This document shows positions 1 to 9,946 of a DNA stretch of 61,986 nt, one piece after another. Source of the stretch: an uncultured bacterium. GTDB lineage: Bacteria > UBP14 > UBA6098 > B30-G16. The number at the start of each line of letters is the position of its first letter. Position 1 is the first letter of the stretch. The notes beneath the pieces are model-generated. The model was not told the origin of the DNA, did not search any database, and was given only the letters and a program-made list of their open reading frames with translations. Where the stretch lies: NCBI GenBank assembly GCA_965552135.1, contig CBEVQY010000013.1, positions 1 to 61,986 of the forward strand. The letters run 5' to 3'. The position numbers and the translations under genes were made by a program.

Positions 1-1362
1 TCTGTTAAGAATTTTCCAGAGTTTACTCACATTTTCAAGCAACTCCTCACCAACAGAACCCAGATAGCCACAGTCGGGGTCCAGGAGGGGATTGCACTCC
101 CAGGAGCCGCCGCCACCACCGCCGCCACCACCCCCACCGCCAATGGCGGTAACCCAAACCTCGGTGACGCCGCTGGGGCAGGTCCAGGTGTAGGTCCCTG
201 GCGTGTCGAAGATCTGCCTCGACGACGACCCCCCACCGCCCACAAGATCAGACAGCGTCACTGGCGCCCCGCCGCTGGCGTTGGCGTCGCGGAAAACGAG
301 GTTGTCGGAGCCGTCCTGGCAGATGTACACGTCCCGATCGCCGACGAACAAAGTATCCCTGAACATCGACGGGCTGTAGGAATACACCCCCCATCTTCCT
401 GGGATATCGGTGTACATAGCCGAGTCGGCGGACAAGCGCTGCCCAGCCTCTGCGATAAGCGCGGCACCGTCGCCCTCACCAACCAAACGGGCAACCACAG
501 CGGCGTTCCAGCCATCAGAACCGTTGCCGGCAACAGCCAAAAGCCCGCCAGAGCCGCCGAAACCAACCGAATCCCTCCCCCCGCTTATCCACACCGAGAA
601 CGCCTTTGCCCGCGACGAATCGACCCAGACAAGCCCAAAACGGCTGCCCACAAACGCCCCGCTGTCCGGCACAGAAGCCAAAACGGTGAGCTTGCTCTCC
701 GGCGCAGACGTCCCTATGCCGACGTTGCCGGCAGGGAGCAGGTAGACGTTATCGCCGGATACCCCCCAATCCCCGTCGGCGGAGAGCGTTCCGGCAGTCC
801 AAAAGCTCCCGTTCCACAAAAGGACGTTGCCAACCTCGACGCCGGAGAGGCTGACATCGCCGAGGTCGGCGATGGAGTTGTCGGCAAGGGAATCCTCGCG
901 AACCGGTAAGAAGACCGAAAGCGTTTCGCCGGCGGTTTGAGCGAGTCGCAGTGTGTCGCCCGCGCCGAAGGTGAGGGAAACGACTCTGCCGGCGCTTGCC
1001 GCAGAATCGGCAACCTGCGCCCTGAAGGAGTAAGGCGACGCAGTAAGGGGAACCCTGGGAGTGAGGACCACCGAATCCACAACGATCTCGAGGTAATAGC
1101 CCTCGTCGAAGGGGAGCGCAAGAGGAACGGAATCCCCGAGGACCACGGAGAAGAGCCCGTGGGAGACATACACCGCGGGGTGAGGCTCAACCCAAAGCGG
1201 CGAGCCACCGGCAGGAACATCGTAAATGCGGAACTCCATCGGATAAACGCCGTTTAGCGCAACGCCCGAAGGATCCACAAGCTTGCCCTGATAGGTCATC
1301 CGCGCAGGAATCGCCAAAACCGAGGAGAAGATCGCGAGGAAAGCAAAAACACCCCTTCTCAC
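1..1362 (-). CDS. Secreted surface/fibre-like protein with a glycine-rich domain; partial, runs off the window start
   Basis: GTG at 1362 with SD AAAGGAGG upstream. Frame is open to position 1, so it is missing from the ORF track. Signal peptide MRRGVFAFLAIFSSVLA, then IPARMTYQGKLVD, GNVGIGTSAPESKL and IFDTPGTYTWTCPSGVTEVWVTAIGGGGGGGGGG. Confidence 0.8.
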   Translation of the reverse strand, partial: MRRGVFAFLAIFSSVLAIPARMTYQGKLVDPSGVALNGVYPMEFRIYDVPAGGSPLWVEPHPAVYVSHGLFSVVLGDSVPLALPFDEGYYLEIVVDSVVLTPRVPLTASPYSFRAQVADSAASAGRVVSLTFGAGDTLRLAQTAGETLSVFLPVREDSLADNSIADLGDVSLSGVEVGNVLLWNGSFWTAGTLSADGDWGVSGDNVYLLPAGNVGIGTSAPESKLTVLASVPDSGAFVGSRFGLVWVDSSRAKAFSVWISGGRDSVGFGGSGGLLAVAGNGSDGWNAAVVARLVGEGDGAALIAEAGQRLSADSAMYTDIPGRWGVYSYSPSMFRDTLFVGDRDVYICQDGSDNLVFRDANASGGAPVTLSDLVGGGGSSSRQIFDTPGTYTWTCPSGVTEVWVTAIGGGGGGGGGGGGSWECNPLLDPDCGYLGSVGEELLENVSKLWKILNR

Positions 1363-1505
1363 GACGTTCCCTCCTTTCGGATTAAACCTTAAACTAAAAA
1401 AATTAGCTTCCCTCCTTCGGTAAGGAAAACGAATTTTGCGCGCCCCCGCGGACCCGAGGCGAAAGGTGAGAAAGTCCCCCTTGCAAAAAACAAACTCCTT
1501 ATCTC

Positions 1506-1533
1506 TTGACTTTCGTTCTTGGAAGCGTAAGTT
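1506..1533 (+). promoter_or_regulatory. Putative sigma70 promoter for rpsO-pnp-rplU
   Basis: TTGACT (1506-1511), 16 bp, TAAGTT (1528-1533) in an AT-rich intergenic region. Confidence 0.5.
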
Positions 1534-1567
1534 ATTTAATTAAACGCAAACGCGGAGGTGTGCCAAG

Positions 1568-1834
1568 GTGCTCGACAAGGAGAAGAAGCAGGAGATCATC
1601 AGGCGCTTTGCGAGATGGGGGAGGGACGTAGGCTCTCCCGAGGTCCAGGTTGCGCTTTTGACGGAGCGGATAAAGCAGCTTACCGAGCACTTCGCCAGAC
1701 ATCCTAAGGACACGAACTCCAAGCGCGGTTTTATGATCCTCATCGGTCGCAGGAAGAGGCTTCTCAACTACCTGCGCCGAAAAGACTACAACCGCTACAA
1801 GAAGCTCATAGCAGAGCTTGGCTTGAGGAAGTAG
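1568..1834 (+). CDS. rpsO: 30S ribosomal protein S15
   Basis: DVGSPEVQVALLTERIKQLTEHF...RGFMILIGRRKRLLNYL; SD GGAGG; directly upstream of pnp. Confidence 0.98.
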   Translation: MLDKEKKQEIIRRFARWGRDVGSPEVQVALLTERIKQLTEHFARHPKDTNSKRGFMILIGRRKRLLNYLRRKDYNRYKKLIAELGLRK

Positions 1835-1852
1835 GCAGCATTTAGGGGGTGT

Positions 1853-3976
1853 GTGTTGAGAGCGGAGGCAGAAATCTGCGGCAAGAAGCTTGTAGTCGAG
1901 ACGGGGAGCATAGCGCGTCAGGCGGACGGCGCCGTGTGGGTCCAGATGGACGGCACCGTCGTCTTGGTCACCGTTGTCTCTGCGCGGGAACCCCAGCCGT
2001 ATCAGGGCTTCTTCCCTCTCACCGTCGATTACCGAGAGCGGGCGTACGCCGCCGGGAAGATCCCCGGCGGCTTTTTTAAGCGCGAGGGCAAACCCTACGA
2101 CCACGAAATACTTCGCTCAAGGCTCATCGACCGACCCCTGCGACCAATGTTCCCCGACGACTACAACTACGAAACCCAGGTCCTCGCCCTCGTCACATCG
2201 TACGACCAGCAAAACGACCCGGACGTTCTGGGCATATTCGGGGCATCAGCGGCGATAGCCGTGTCGGATATCCCCCTCAAGCGCTACTTCGGCGCCGTGA
2301 GGGTAGCCTACATCGACGGCGAATACGTTGTAAACCCCACCGTTGCGGAGCGCGATGCGTCGCAGCTCGACCTCGTCGTCGCAGGCACCGGCGACGACAT
2401 CGTGATGGTGGAGGGCGGAGCGTACGAAGTGCCCGAAGATATCCTGCTTGGAGCGCTTAAGGCGGCTATGCCGGCGCTCAAGGCGCAGGTGGAGTTCCAG
2501 CTGGAGCTTGCGGAGAGGTTCGGCAAGCCGAAGCGCAGCTACGAACCCCTCGTCCTGCCCGACGAGATCCGCGCCGCGGTGGAGGAGCTTGCGGCGGAGC
2601 GGATGAACGAGGTCGTCCGCATCCCCGGCAAGCTCGAGCGCAACAGGGCGCGCAAAAGACTCGCGGATGAGGTCAAGGAAAGGCTTGCCGAAAGGTTCCC
2701 CGGCGCAGAGCCGCTTATAGAACTTGCCCTCGACGAGCTTGAGGGACGCCTCATGCGAAGGATGATCGTCGTCGAGGGGAGGCGAACCGACGGCAGAGAC
2801 TACACCTCGATAAGACCGATAGACATAAAGGTAGGCGTTCTGCCCCGCGCCCACGGCTCAGCTCTCTTCACACGCGGAGAAACACAGGCGCTTGCGGCGC
2901 TTACGCTCGGCACGAAGATCGACGAACAGAAGATCGAAGACCTCGAGGGAGAGTCGTGGCAGTGCTTCATCCACCACTTAAAATTCCCCCCGGTTTAGGT
3001 GGGGGTGATAAGGCCGCTTCGTGGTCCTGGCAGGCGCGAGATCGGACACGGCTACCTCGCCGAAAGGGCTCTTTCGCCCGTGGTGCCCGACGAAGCATCC
3101 TTCCCCTACACAATACGCATCGTCTCCGACATCCTCGAGTCGAACGGTTCGTCGTCGATGGCGACGGTTTGCGCGGCAAGCCTCGCCCTCATGGACGCAG
3201 GCGTGCCAGTCAAAACCGCCGTGGCGGGAATAGCAATGGGGCTTATCAAGGACGACGAAAACTTCGTCGTCCTCTCCGACATAATCGGCGCCGAGGACCA
3301 CCACGGCGACATGGACTTCAAGGTCGCCGGCACGAAGGACGGCATAACCGCCTTCCAGATGGACGTCAAAGTCCCTGGGATACCGTTTTCGGTTATGGAG
3401 CAGGCGCTTGCGCAGGCGAAGCGCGGCAGGGACTTCATCCTCGAGAAGATGAACGCCGTTCTGCCAGAACCGCGTAAGGAACTCTCGCCCTACGCCCCGA
3501 GGATAACAATAATCCAGATAAGCCCCGACAAGATAGGCGACGTGATAGGCACGGGCGGCAAGATCATACGAAGCATCCAGGAGCAGACCGACACGACGAT
3601 AGCCATCGAGCCCGACGGCGCTGTGTTCATATCGGCGCACTCGGTCGAGGGAATGGAGGCGGCGATACGGATGATAAAGGAGATCGCCGCCGAGCCCGAG
3701 GTCGGTCAGATCTACGAGGGAACCGTCACCCGCGTCACCCCGTTCGGCGCAATAGTGAGGATCACCCCTTCCGTGGAGGGGCTCCTGCACATATCGGAGA
3801 TCGACAACAGACGCATCTCCCGGGTCGAGGAGGTGCTGAGCGTCGGCGACAAGATCAAGGTGAAGGTCATCTCAGTCGACAGCGAGACGGGCAAGATAAG
3901 GCTTTCGCGCAAAGCGCTTTTAAAGCCCGAGGGTCATCGCGACACAGGGCGCAGAGGCGGTCACCGAAGAAGGTAA
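1853..3976 (+). CDS. pnp: Polyribonucleotide nucleotidyltransferase (PNPase), interrupted by an in-frame TAG at 2996-2998 (pseudogene or sequence error)
   Basis: FFPLTVDYRERAYAAGKIPGGF, RREIGHG, SNGSSSMA, DMDFKVAGT, KH and S1 domains. ORFs 1853-2998 and 2999-3976 abut in the same frame. Confidence 0.95.
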
Positions 3977-3992
3977 ATAAGGAGGTCTTTCC

Positions 3993-4310
3993 ATGTACGC
4001 CGTCGTCGAGATAAAAGGGCTGCAGTTTAAAGTTGAGCCCGGGATGAAGCTTTGGGTCCCCTACATGGGCGACAAGGAGGTGGGCGAGGAGGTTGAGTTC
4101 ACCGACGTTCTGCTCGTTGCCGACGGCGACGACATAAAAGTCGGTCAGCCCACCGTCGAGGGCGCATCGGTGAAGGCAAAGATCCTGGAGCACGCCAAAG
4201 ACGCAAAGATAATCGTCTTCCGCAAGCGCCGCCGCAAAGGATTCCACAAGAAAAAAGGTCACCGACAGCGCTACTCGATAATCCAGGTCGAGGATATAAG
4301 GCTAACCTAA
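3993..4310 (+). CDS. rplU: 50S ribosomal protein L21
   Basis: MYAVVEIKGLQFKV...KKKGHRQRYS; SD AAGGAGG. Confidence 0.97.
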   Translation: MYAVVEIKGLQFKVEPGMKLWVPYMGDKEVGEEVEFTDVLLVADGDDIKVGQPTVEGASVKAKILEHAKDAKIIVFRKRRRKGFHKKKGHRQRYSIIQVEDIRLT

Positions 4311-4331
4311 AAGCAGGGAGCGCGGAAAACG

Positions 4332-5903
4332 ATGAGGAAAGCCTCCTTCTTTGTGCTTTTTTGGGTTGCTCTAAGCTCCTCGTGGGAGTATTGGGTGCCC
4401 TACTGCAACACGCTCCACATCCCCGGCGAAATGCACTGGCACTCCCGGCTCTCCATTTGCGCCCTTTGGGACAGCACCAACGTAAACGTCACAGGCTTTA
4501 TCGATACCCTCCTCAACGGCGGAGAATGCTTCACCCTCTCGGACTTTTCGGCATGCGGAACGCGCATACAAACCTCCAAGCCCGTCCGCGCAGTCTACAG
4601 CATAAAGATAGTCACGCCAACAGAGTACGAGCCGACGGAATACGCCTACTGCCTCCTGCCCTCCGAGCTTTTGGGAACGGAATACTACGTCGCCTCGCTC
4701 TACACCCCCGCATCCTCCGACGAGTACGTAGGCTTTGTTTCGACCGCCGACGGCAACGACATATACGTCAACGGCGTTCTCCGCGGGACTTACGGCGCCG
4801 GCGAGTGCGACACAATACATTTTTCTTCGGATGTGGTGCACATCACCTCGACAAGCCCCATCGCCGTTGTGCACATTTGCGCCCGCACGAGCAACCACGA
4901 CGCCTTCTTCGGATACTCCCTTCTGCCAACGGAGTTTTGGGGCACCGTTTACATAAGCGCCCCCTTCCCCGCGCTTTGGGGAACGGGCTACATATCGCCA
5001 ACCGACTCATCGCGGCTCATAGTAACCGCACTCTCGGACGGAACGAACGTCTCAGTCGCCGGAATACCCTACACCCTCGATGCCGGCGACAAGCTCGTTG
5101 TACCAATATCGGGGCTTATCTCCACGCCGCTTGATATAGTTGCCGATTCGCCGGTTCAGGTGGTCAGGTTCTTCTGGATCATCGCAACGGACCCCTGGGG
5201 CTCGCACCCGAGGCGCTGGTACGAGACGGCTACGCTTATAGCCTCGGAGCGCGCAAACACAAAGTGCGGATACATAAGCTCCCTACCCTCATCGCACCAC
5301 GGAGGCGCAAAGATGTGGTACACGATCACGTCCATTGTGGACAGCAACCGCGTCAGAATCGACGTTGGGTTCGACGGTACTGTAGAGCTCGATACGATCC
5401 TCGACTCGCTTGCCACCCTCGTCCTGCACGACACAACATCCCTGCTTCCGGGGTGCGAGTCACAGTCCTCGCGCGTCGAGGCAGAAAAGCCGATCCAGCT
5501 TATCTACAACAGGCGCGGCTGGTGGACCGACCACATAGAGGCTCACGAAGACTACACCTTCTTCGTTCCGTCGCCGTGCGAGCCTGTAGACGCTATGTAC
5601 ATCTGCCCGCCGCCTGGGGTCTTCTCAAGCTGCGTGCCTCAGGAGGCTATCTTCGCGCTCTACCCCCCGTCGGGAACCGACTTGGACACCACGCGCACTT
5701 ACTTCACCGTCATAATATCCCATCCCGGCGGCACCGCCGACACGATGACGCTATTCGAACCCACCGACCACCTAAGCTTCGTCAGAAGCGACACGATGTG
5801 GTTCGCAACGGCGTTCATCGAAGCCGCAAACGGCGACACCGTATTCATAAGACTCGACTCAGTCTACACAACCGACGGATGCATAACGGTATTCGGGGAA
5901 TAA
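4332..5903 (+). CDS. Secreted protein with IgGFc-binding-like domain
   Basis: Signal peptide; repeated LLP.E.(L/W)GT.Y and TS(T)SPI.V/ADSPVQV/AEKPIQL motifs typical of IgGFc_binding repeats. Confidence 0.65.
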   Translation: MRKASFFVLFWVALSSSWEYWVPYCNTLHIPGEMHWHSRLSICALWDSTNVNVTGFIDTLLNGGECFTLSDFSACGTRIQTSKPVRAVYSIKIVTPTEYEPTEYAYCLLPSELLGTEYYVASLYTPASSDEYVGFVSTADGNDIYVNGVLRGTYGAGECDTIHFSSDVVHITSTSPIAVVHICARTSNHDAFFGYSLLPTEFWGTVYISAPFPALWGTGYISPTDSSRLIVTALSDGTNVSVAGIPYTLDAGDKLVVPISGLISTPLDIVADSPVQVVRFFWIIATDPWGSHPRRWYETATLIASERANTKCGYISSLPSSHHGGAKMWYTITSIVDSNRVRIDVGFDGTVELDTILDSLATLVLHDTTSLLPGCESQSSRVEAEKPIQLIYNRRGWWTDHIEAHEDYTFFVPSPCEPVDAMYICPPPGVFSSCVPQEAIFALYPPSGTDLDTTRTYFTVIISHPGGTADTMTLFEPTDHLSFVRSDTMWFATAFIEAANGDTVFIRLDSVYTTDGCITVFGE

Positions 5904-5925
5904 CCAAAGAGACAGGGGGTATGCC

Positions 5926-6717
5926 ATGCGAAGACTTTTGCCGTGCGTTTTTGCGTTCGTCTTTGCGCTTTGGGCGCAGGGAGAGCTCGTTGTGAACGAA
6001 ATAATGTATAACCCGCCGGGGATCGACCAGGAATGGGTTGAGCTTTACAACATAACCGACGGCGATGTTGTCCTCGACTCCACCTGGATTTTGACCGACG
6101 GCGAGGGGAGATTCAACTTCCCTGGGTTCACCGTTCCGGCCGGCGGCTTTGTGACCGTCATCGTCGACACCTACTGGTCGGGCGACACGGTGGTTCCCTT
6201 CGAGCCCGATATCGATGCCACAGGTCACGGCATTAAACTTGCCAACGGCGGCGACGATGTGATCCTGCTCCACATCGTTGACGGAGACACCGTCGTCGTC
6301 GACTCGGTCACATACAGCCCCGACTGGGCACCGGAGTCGAACAGCGGTGGCTCGAGCCTTGAGCGAATCGACCCCTACGGGGATTCCAACGACCCCTCCA
6401 ACTGGCAGGCGAGCGCAGTCCCTGGCGGCACGCCGGGCGCGCCCAACAAAGTAGCCGAAAAGAGCCTTCGCCCAAAGCTCGTATCGCTCCGCGCGGCGCC
6501 AAACCCGTTCAACTGCAGATGCGTCATAACCGCAGCCACAAGCGAGCCTGCCACGATCACGATAACAGATATCCGTGGGCGCGTCGTGTGTCGCTGGAGC
6601 ATCCCCAGCGGAACGAACCAGATAACCTGGTCGCCCAACGTGCCCTCTGGAGTATACGTGGTTACGGCAGCTGCCGGCGGCGCGAAAACAAACGTCAGGG
6701 TGCTTTTGGTGAGGTAG
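5926..6717 (+). CDS. Secreted lamin-tail domain protein with T9SS/FlgD-like C-terminal tail
   Basis: LVVNEIMYNPPGIDQEWVELYN, SLERIDP...GTPGAPN; C-terminal APNPFN...ITDIRGR...PSGVYVV. Confidence 0.85.
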   Translation: MRRLLPCVFAFVFALWAQGELVVNEIMYNPPGIDQEWVELYNITDGDVVLDSTWILTDGEGRFNFPGFTVPAGGFVTVIVDTYWSGDTVVPFEPDIDATGHGIKLANGGDDVILLHIVDGDTVVVDSVTYSPDWAPESNSGGSSLERIDPYGDSNDPSNWQASAVPGGTPGAPNKVAEKSLRPKLVSLRAAPNPFNCRCVITAATSEPATITITDIRGRVVCRWSIPSGTNQITWSPNVPSGVYVVTAAAGGAKTNVRVLLVR

Positions 6718-6977
6718 CTCTCAGGGCGGGACTTCGCTCCCGGGCGCGCTCAGGGGAACAGAATATCTGCGATGTGGCTGTGCCCGGTAGACGGTCGGCC
6801 TGTTAACATCCCGATTTCTGCCGCACAAAGAAAGGCCCCGCTAACCGTCGCTGGCGGAATGCGCTGCTGCTCCACCTTTCGCTCTCGCTCCGACCGATTT
6901 ACAAGAAGGCGAGCTCGCGCCCCCTCATTGCCCCAGCAGGCAATCCCCGCCCCTACAGGAGATAGGGCGAAGATATC

Positions 6978-7451
6978 TCACCCCGCCGAACGCCGCTCAA
7001 AATCTGCAATCCGCACAAGCTCGCGCTCCAACATCCCGAAGACGACCTCGTAGAACCCCTCGGGCTGGGATATCGGGTCGGGGATCTCTTCGCCTCTGCC
7101 GTCGCGTCCGTACTCGGTTATGAGGAACGCCTTTTCTGCGGCATCGGGACCGATGTTTTCCTCGATCCAATCGATATGAGCGCGTTCCATAACGAGGATG
7201 AGGTCGGCGTCTTTCGCGGCATCGGGAGTGAGGGGCTGGGCGCGGTGGTCGCTTATGTCGATTCCGGCACTGCGGCACACCTGTTGCGCCTGCGGCGTCG
7301 GCGGCGCGCCGTCGAGGTCGAGAACGCCGTACGAGGCGAAGGTGTAGTCCAACCCGCGCTCGCCGAAAACCCTGCGGGCAATGCCCTCAGCCATAGGGCT
7401 GCGACAGCGGTTGCCCGTGCAGACGAAGATTATGTGCTTACGAGTCGACAT
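6978..7451 (-). CDS. Low-molecular-weight protein tyrosine/arginine phosphatase family
   Basis: P-loop FVCTGNRCRSPMAE, ILVME, EIPDP; ATG at 7451 overlaps the end of hypC. Confidence 0.9.
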   Translation of the reverse strand: MSTRKHIIFVCTGNRCRSPMAEGIARRVFGERGLDYTFASYGVLDLDGAPPTPQAQQVCRSAGIDISDHRAQPLTPDAAKDADLILVMERAHIDWIEENIGPDAAEKAFLITEYGRDGRGEEIPDPISQPEGFYEVVFGMLERELVRIADFERRSAG

Positions 7452-7680
7452 CGCCACCGCCCGAAAAATACCTCTCGATCTCGGCGAAGGCGGCAAGCGT
7501 CTTTTGTGCCTCCTCCTCGTCGACCTTCGATATGGCAAAGCCAGCGTGAACTATGACCATGTCGCCCACCTTCGCGTCGGGCAGCGTCATTATGCTCGCC
7601 CGCTTGCGAACGCCGCCGTAGTCCACAACCGCCATATCGCCGTCTATCTCAACTATCCGACCGGGAACGGCAAGACACAT
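7438..7680 (-). CDS. hypC: Hydrogenase maturation chaperone HypC/HupF
   Basis: MCLAVPGRIVEI...VGDMVIVHAGFAI...DEEEA; ATG at 7680. Confidence 0.95.
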   Translation of the reverse strand: MCLAVPGRIVEIDGDMAVVDYGGVRKRASIMTLPDAKVGDMVIVHAGFAISKVDEEEAQKTLAAFAEIERYFSGGGDVDS

Positions 7681-7784
7681 CGCACCCCCCTTTTTGCGGT
7701 AAATATACGCCAACACGCTCTCAGCGCAAGACGGAGCGAGTCAAAGCGGTTGCGAAAATGACTCGAGCAGCAAATTTTAAGTCC

Positions 7785-8885
7785 GTGAGGCTTCTTTTCG
7801 TAAACACAGTCAAGGAGGGCGTTTGGGGCGGAGTTGAGAGCTGGATGCTGCGCGTCGGTTCGTTCCTGCGGAGGCGGGGGCACACCGTAGCCTTCGCGGG
7901 AAAACGCGGGGGGATCTTCCTGAACAGACTTTCCGCAGAGGGCTTCACGACGGTATCCATATCGCCTCGGTGCGATGTTTCGCCGGCATCGATAGCCAAG
8001 CTCGCGCTGCACATAAAAAGGCAGCGCTTCGACGCCATCGTCGTGAACACCAATCGTGATCTCCGCATCGGCGGCATCGCCGCAAGGCTTGTGAAGCCAC
8101 GCCCCGTTGTGATAAACCGCCGCGGGCTGCCGGCGTTCAGAAGAAGGCTGCGGCACAGACTCTCCGCAGCGCTCGCCGATCTCTTCCTCGTCCCATCCCT
8201 CGACCTCAAGCGCGCACTCCTAGGCTTCGGATGGATCGACGAGGAACGGATAGCCGTCATACCGAACTTCGTCAGCGTCTCCGAGGTTCGGAGCCTGGCG
8301 CAACAGCCGCCGCCGATAGAGCTCGGAGACGATGCGCCCATCATCGGGACGGTCGCGAACCTCGTGGGGCAAAAGGACATCCCGACCCTCCTTCGCGCGC
8401 TTGCGGCGCTTGCGGAGGACGGCGTGGACTTTCGCGCCGTCGTCGTTGGCGAAGGTCCGCTGCGCAAAACGCTCCAATGCCTCGCGCACAGCCTCGGACT
8501 GGACGAAAAGATCACCTGGACGGGATTCCTCGAAAACTCCTTCCCCCTGGTGCGCAGGTTCGATATATTCGTTCTCACCTCGCGCTTTGAGCCCTTTGGT
8601 CAGGTTCTGGTCGAGGCAGCGGCGCTGGGGGTCCCCATCGTGGCAAGCGCCGTCGGCGGCGTGCCCGAAGTGGTGGAAGATGGACGAAACGGAATCCTCG
8701 TCGCGCCGGGAAAACCAAAAGCCTTCGCAGAGGCAATAAAAAGGCTTATTGAGGATCCAGACCTCAGGAGGTCGATGGGGGAGGCAGGGCTTAGGGTATC
8801 GGCGAAGTTCGACGAGGCACAAATAGCGCCAAAACTCGAGAAGTTCTTCGAGGAAGCCGTTTCGGGGCGATGGTCAGGGCGTTAA
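7785..8885 (+). CDS. Glycosyltransferase family 4
   Basis: WGGVE, VIPNFV, FEPFGQVLVEA, SAVGGVPEVV; likely GTG start at 7785 (ORF open from 7758). Confidence 0.9.
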   Translation: MRLLFVNTVKEGVWGGVESWMLRVGSFLRRRGHTVAFAGKRGGIFLNRLSAEGFTTVSISPRCDVSPASIAKLALHIKRQRFDAIVVNTNRDLRIGGIAARLVKPRPVVINRRGLPAFRRRLRHRLSAALADLFLVPSLDLKRALLGFGWIDEERIAVIPNFVSVSEVRSLAQQPPPIELGDDAPIIGTVANLVGQKDIPTLLRALAALAEDGVDFRAVVVGEGPLRKTLQCLAHSLGLDEKITWTGFLENSFPLVRRFDIFVLTSRFEPFGQVLVEAAALGVPIVASAVGGVPEVVEDGRNGILVAPGKPKAFAEAIKRLIEDPDLRRSMGEAGLRVSAKFDEAQIAPKLEKFFEEAVSGRWSGR

Positions 8886-9946
8886 AAAGGCTCGAGGTGA
8901 CCGGACGGTCGATGCTTGTGAAGCTTCTTTCTGCACTCTTTGCGCCCAAAACCGTCCTTCGAAGGGTACCCGAGGGCGAAAAGCTTTCTCGCGTGCTCGT
9001 CCTCAGGCAGGATAAGCTGGGCGATATGGTCGTCACGCTTCCTGCGCTGAGAGGGCTCAGGGACGCGTTCGACGGAGCGGAGATCGCGGTCGTCGCGTCG
9101 ACGAAGAACGAGGTGATACTAAAACACGAGGAGGGCTTCGTCAAGATAACCTACGCCAAGGCGCCCTGGCGTTTTGTGGCTTCGCTTTTGCGGGCAAGGC
9201 GCTTCCGCCCCGATGCGGTCGTCGACCTGCAGCTCAAGGGGTCAGCGACGTCCCTCCTCTACGCGCTTTTTTGCGGCGCCAGGTGGCGCATCCGGGCGAG
9301 GTGGGAAAGGACGCTTCCGTTCAACGTCCAGGTCGAGCTTTCGGGAAACGAGCACGCCGTCGAGGCTGCGGCGAAGGTGATTTCTGCCCTCGGGGTCGAG
9401 ATCGACCCTGCGAGGCTCGACGGCGCGGTGAAGCTTGGCGCCTCCGAGATCGCATTCGCGCAGAAGTTCTGGTCGATCTCGGGCGTTGACCCCAAAGGGT
9501 GCGTTGCCGTCAACGTCTCCGCGGGCGCGAAGTCGCGAATGTGGGGAGAGCACAAGTTCGTGGCGCTTTGCTCGCACATCGCAAGGCGCGGACTCACACC
9601 ACTCGTGATCTACTCCCCAGCCGATGCGCAGCTTGCGCGGGGCATCGCAGGCGCATCGGGCGCAAAGCTTGCGCCACAAACGCCAACCGTCCTCCACGCC
9701 GCAGCGATAATTCAGAAAACGAAGATGCTCATATCGCCCGACACATCCCTCGTCCACATCGCCGCCGGATTCGGCGTGCCCGTAATAGGGCTCTACCCAA
9801 AGGGCGAAATGAACCTGATCCGCTGGCGACCATGGGGGGTCGAAAGCTTCACGCTCCAGTCGAACGACCCAAACTCGATAGAAGATATACCAGTGCAAGA
9901 GGTGATCGCAGCCTTCGACGAGATGATGCGCAGGACCAAGCTATGA
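8870..9946 (+). CDS. Glycosyltransferase family 9 (LPS heptosyltransferase-like)
   Basis: LRQDKLGDMVVTLP, ISPDTSLVHIAAG. Confidence 0.9.
   Translation: MVRALKRLEVTGRSMLVKLLSALFAPKTVLRRVPEGEKLSRVLVLRQDKLGDMVVTLPALRGLRDAFDGAEIAVVASTKNEVILKHEEGFVKITYAKAPWRFVASLLRARRFRPDAVVDLQLKGSATSLLYALFCGARWRIRARWERTLPFNVQVELSGNEHAVEAAAKVISALGVEIDPARLDGAVKLGASEIAFAQKFWSISGVDPKGCVAVNVSAGAKSRMWGEHKFVALCSHIARRGLTPLVIYSPADAQLARGIAGASGAKLAPQTPTVLHAAAIIQKTKMLISPDTSLVHIAAGFGVPVIGLYPKGEMNLIRWRPWGVESFTLQSNDPNSIEDIPVQEVIAAFDEMMRRTKL

Noticed and set aside
27..1257. Several short ORFs listed at the window start
   Set aside because: Alternative frames of the single open minus-strand gene starting at 1362
2996..2998. TAG as evidence for stop-codon reassignment or pyrrolysine
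   Set aside because: TAG terminates other clear genes here (rpsO, hslU, ftsZ, mraY), and the flanking codons are also corrupted
9499..9942. N-terminal 148-aa extension of the aminotransferase ORF
   Set aside because: Overlaps the GT9 gene; the real start is the coupled ATG at 9943
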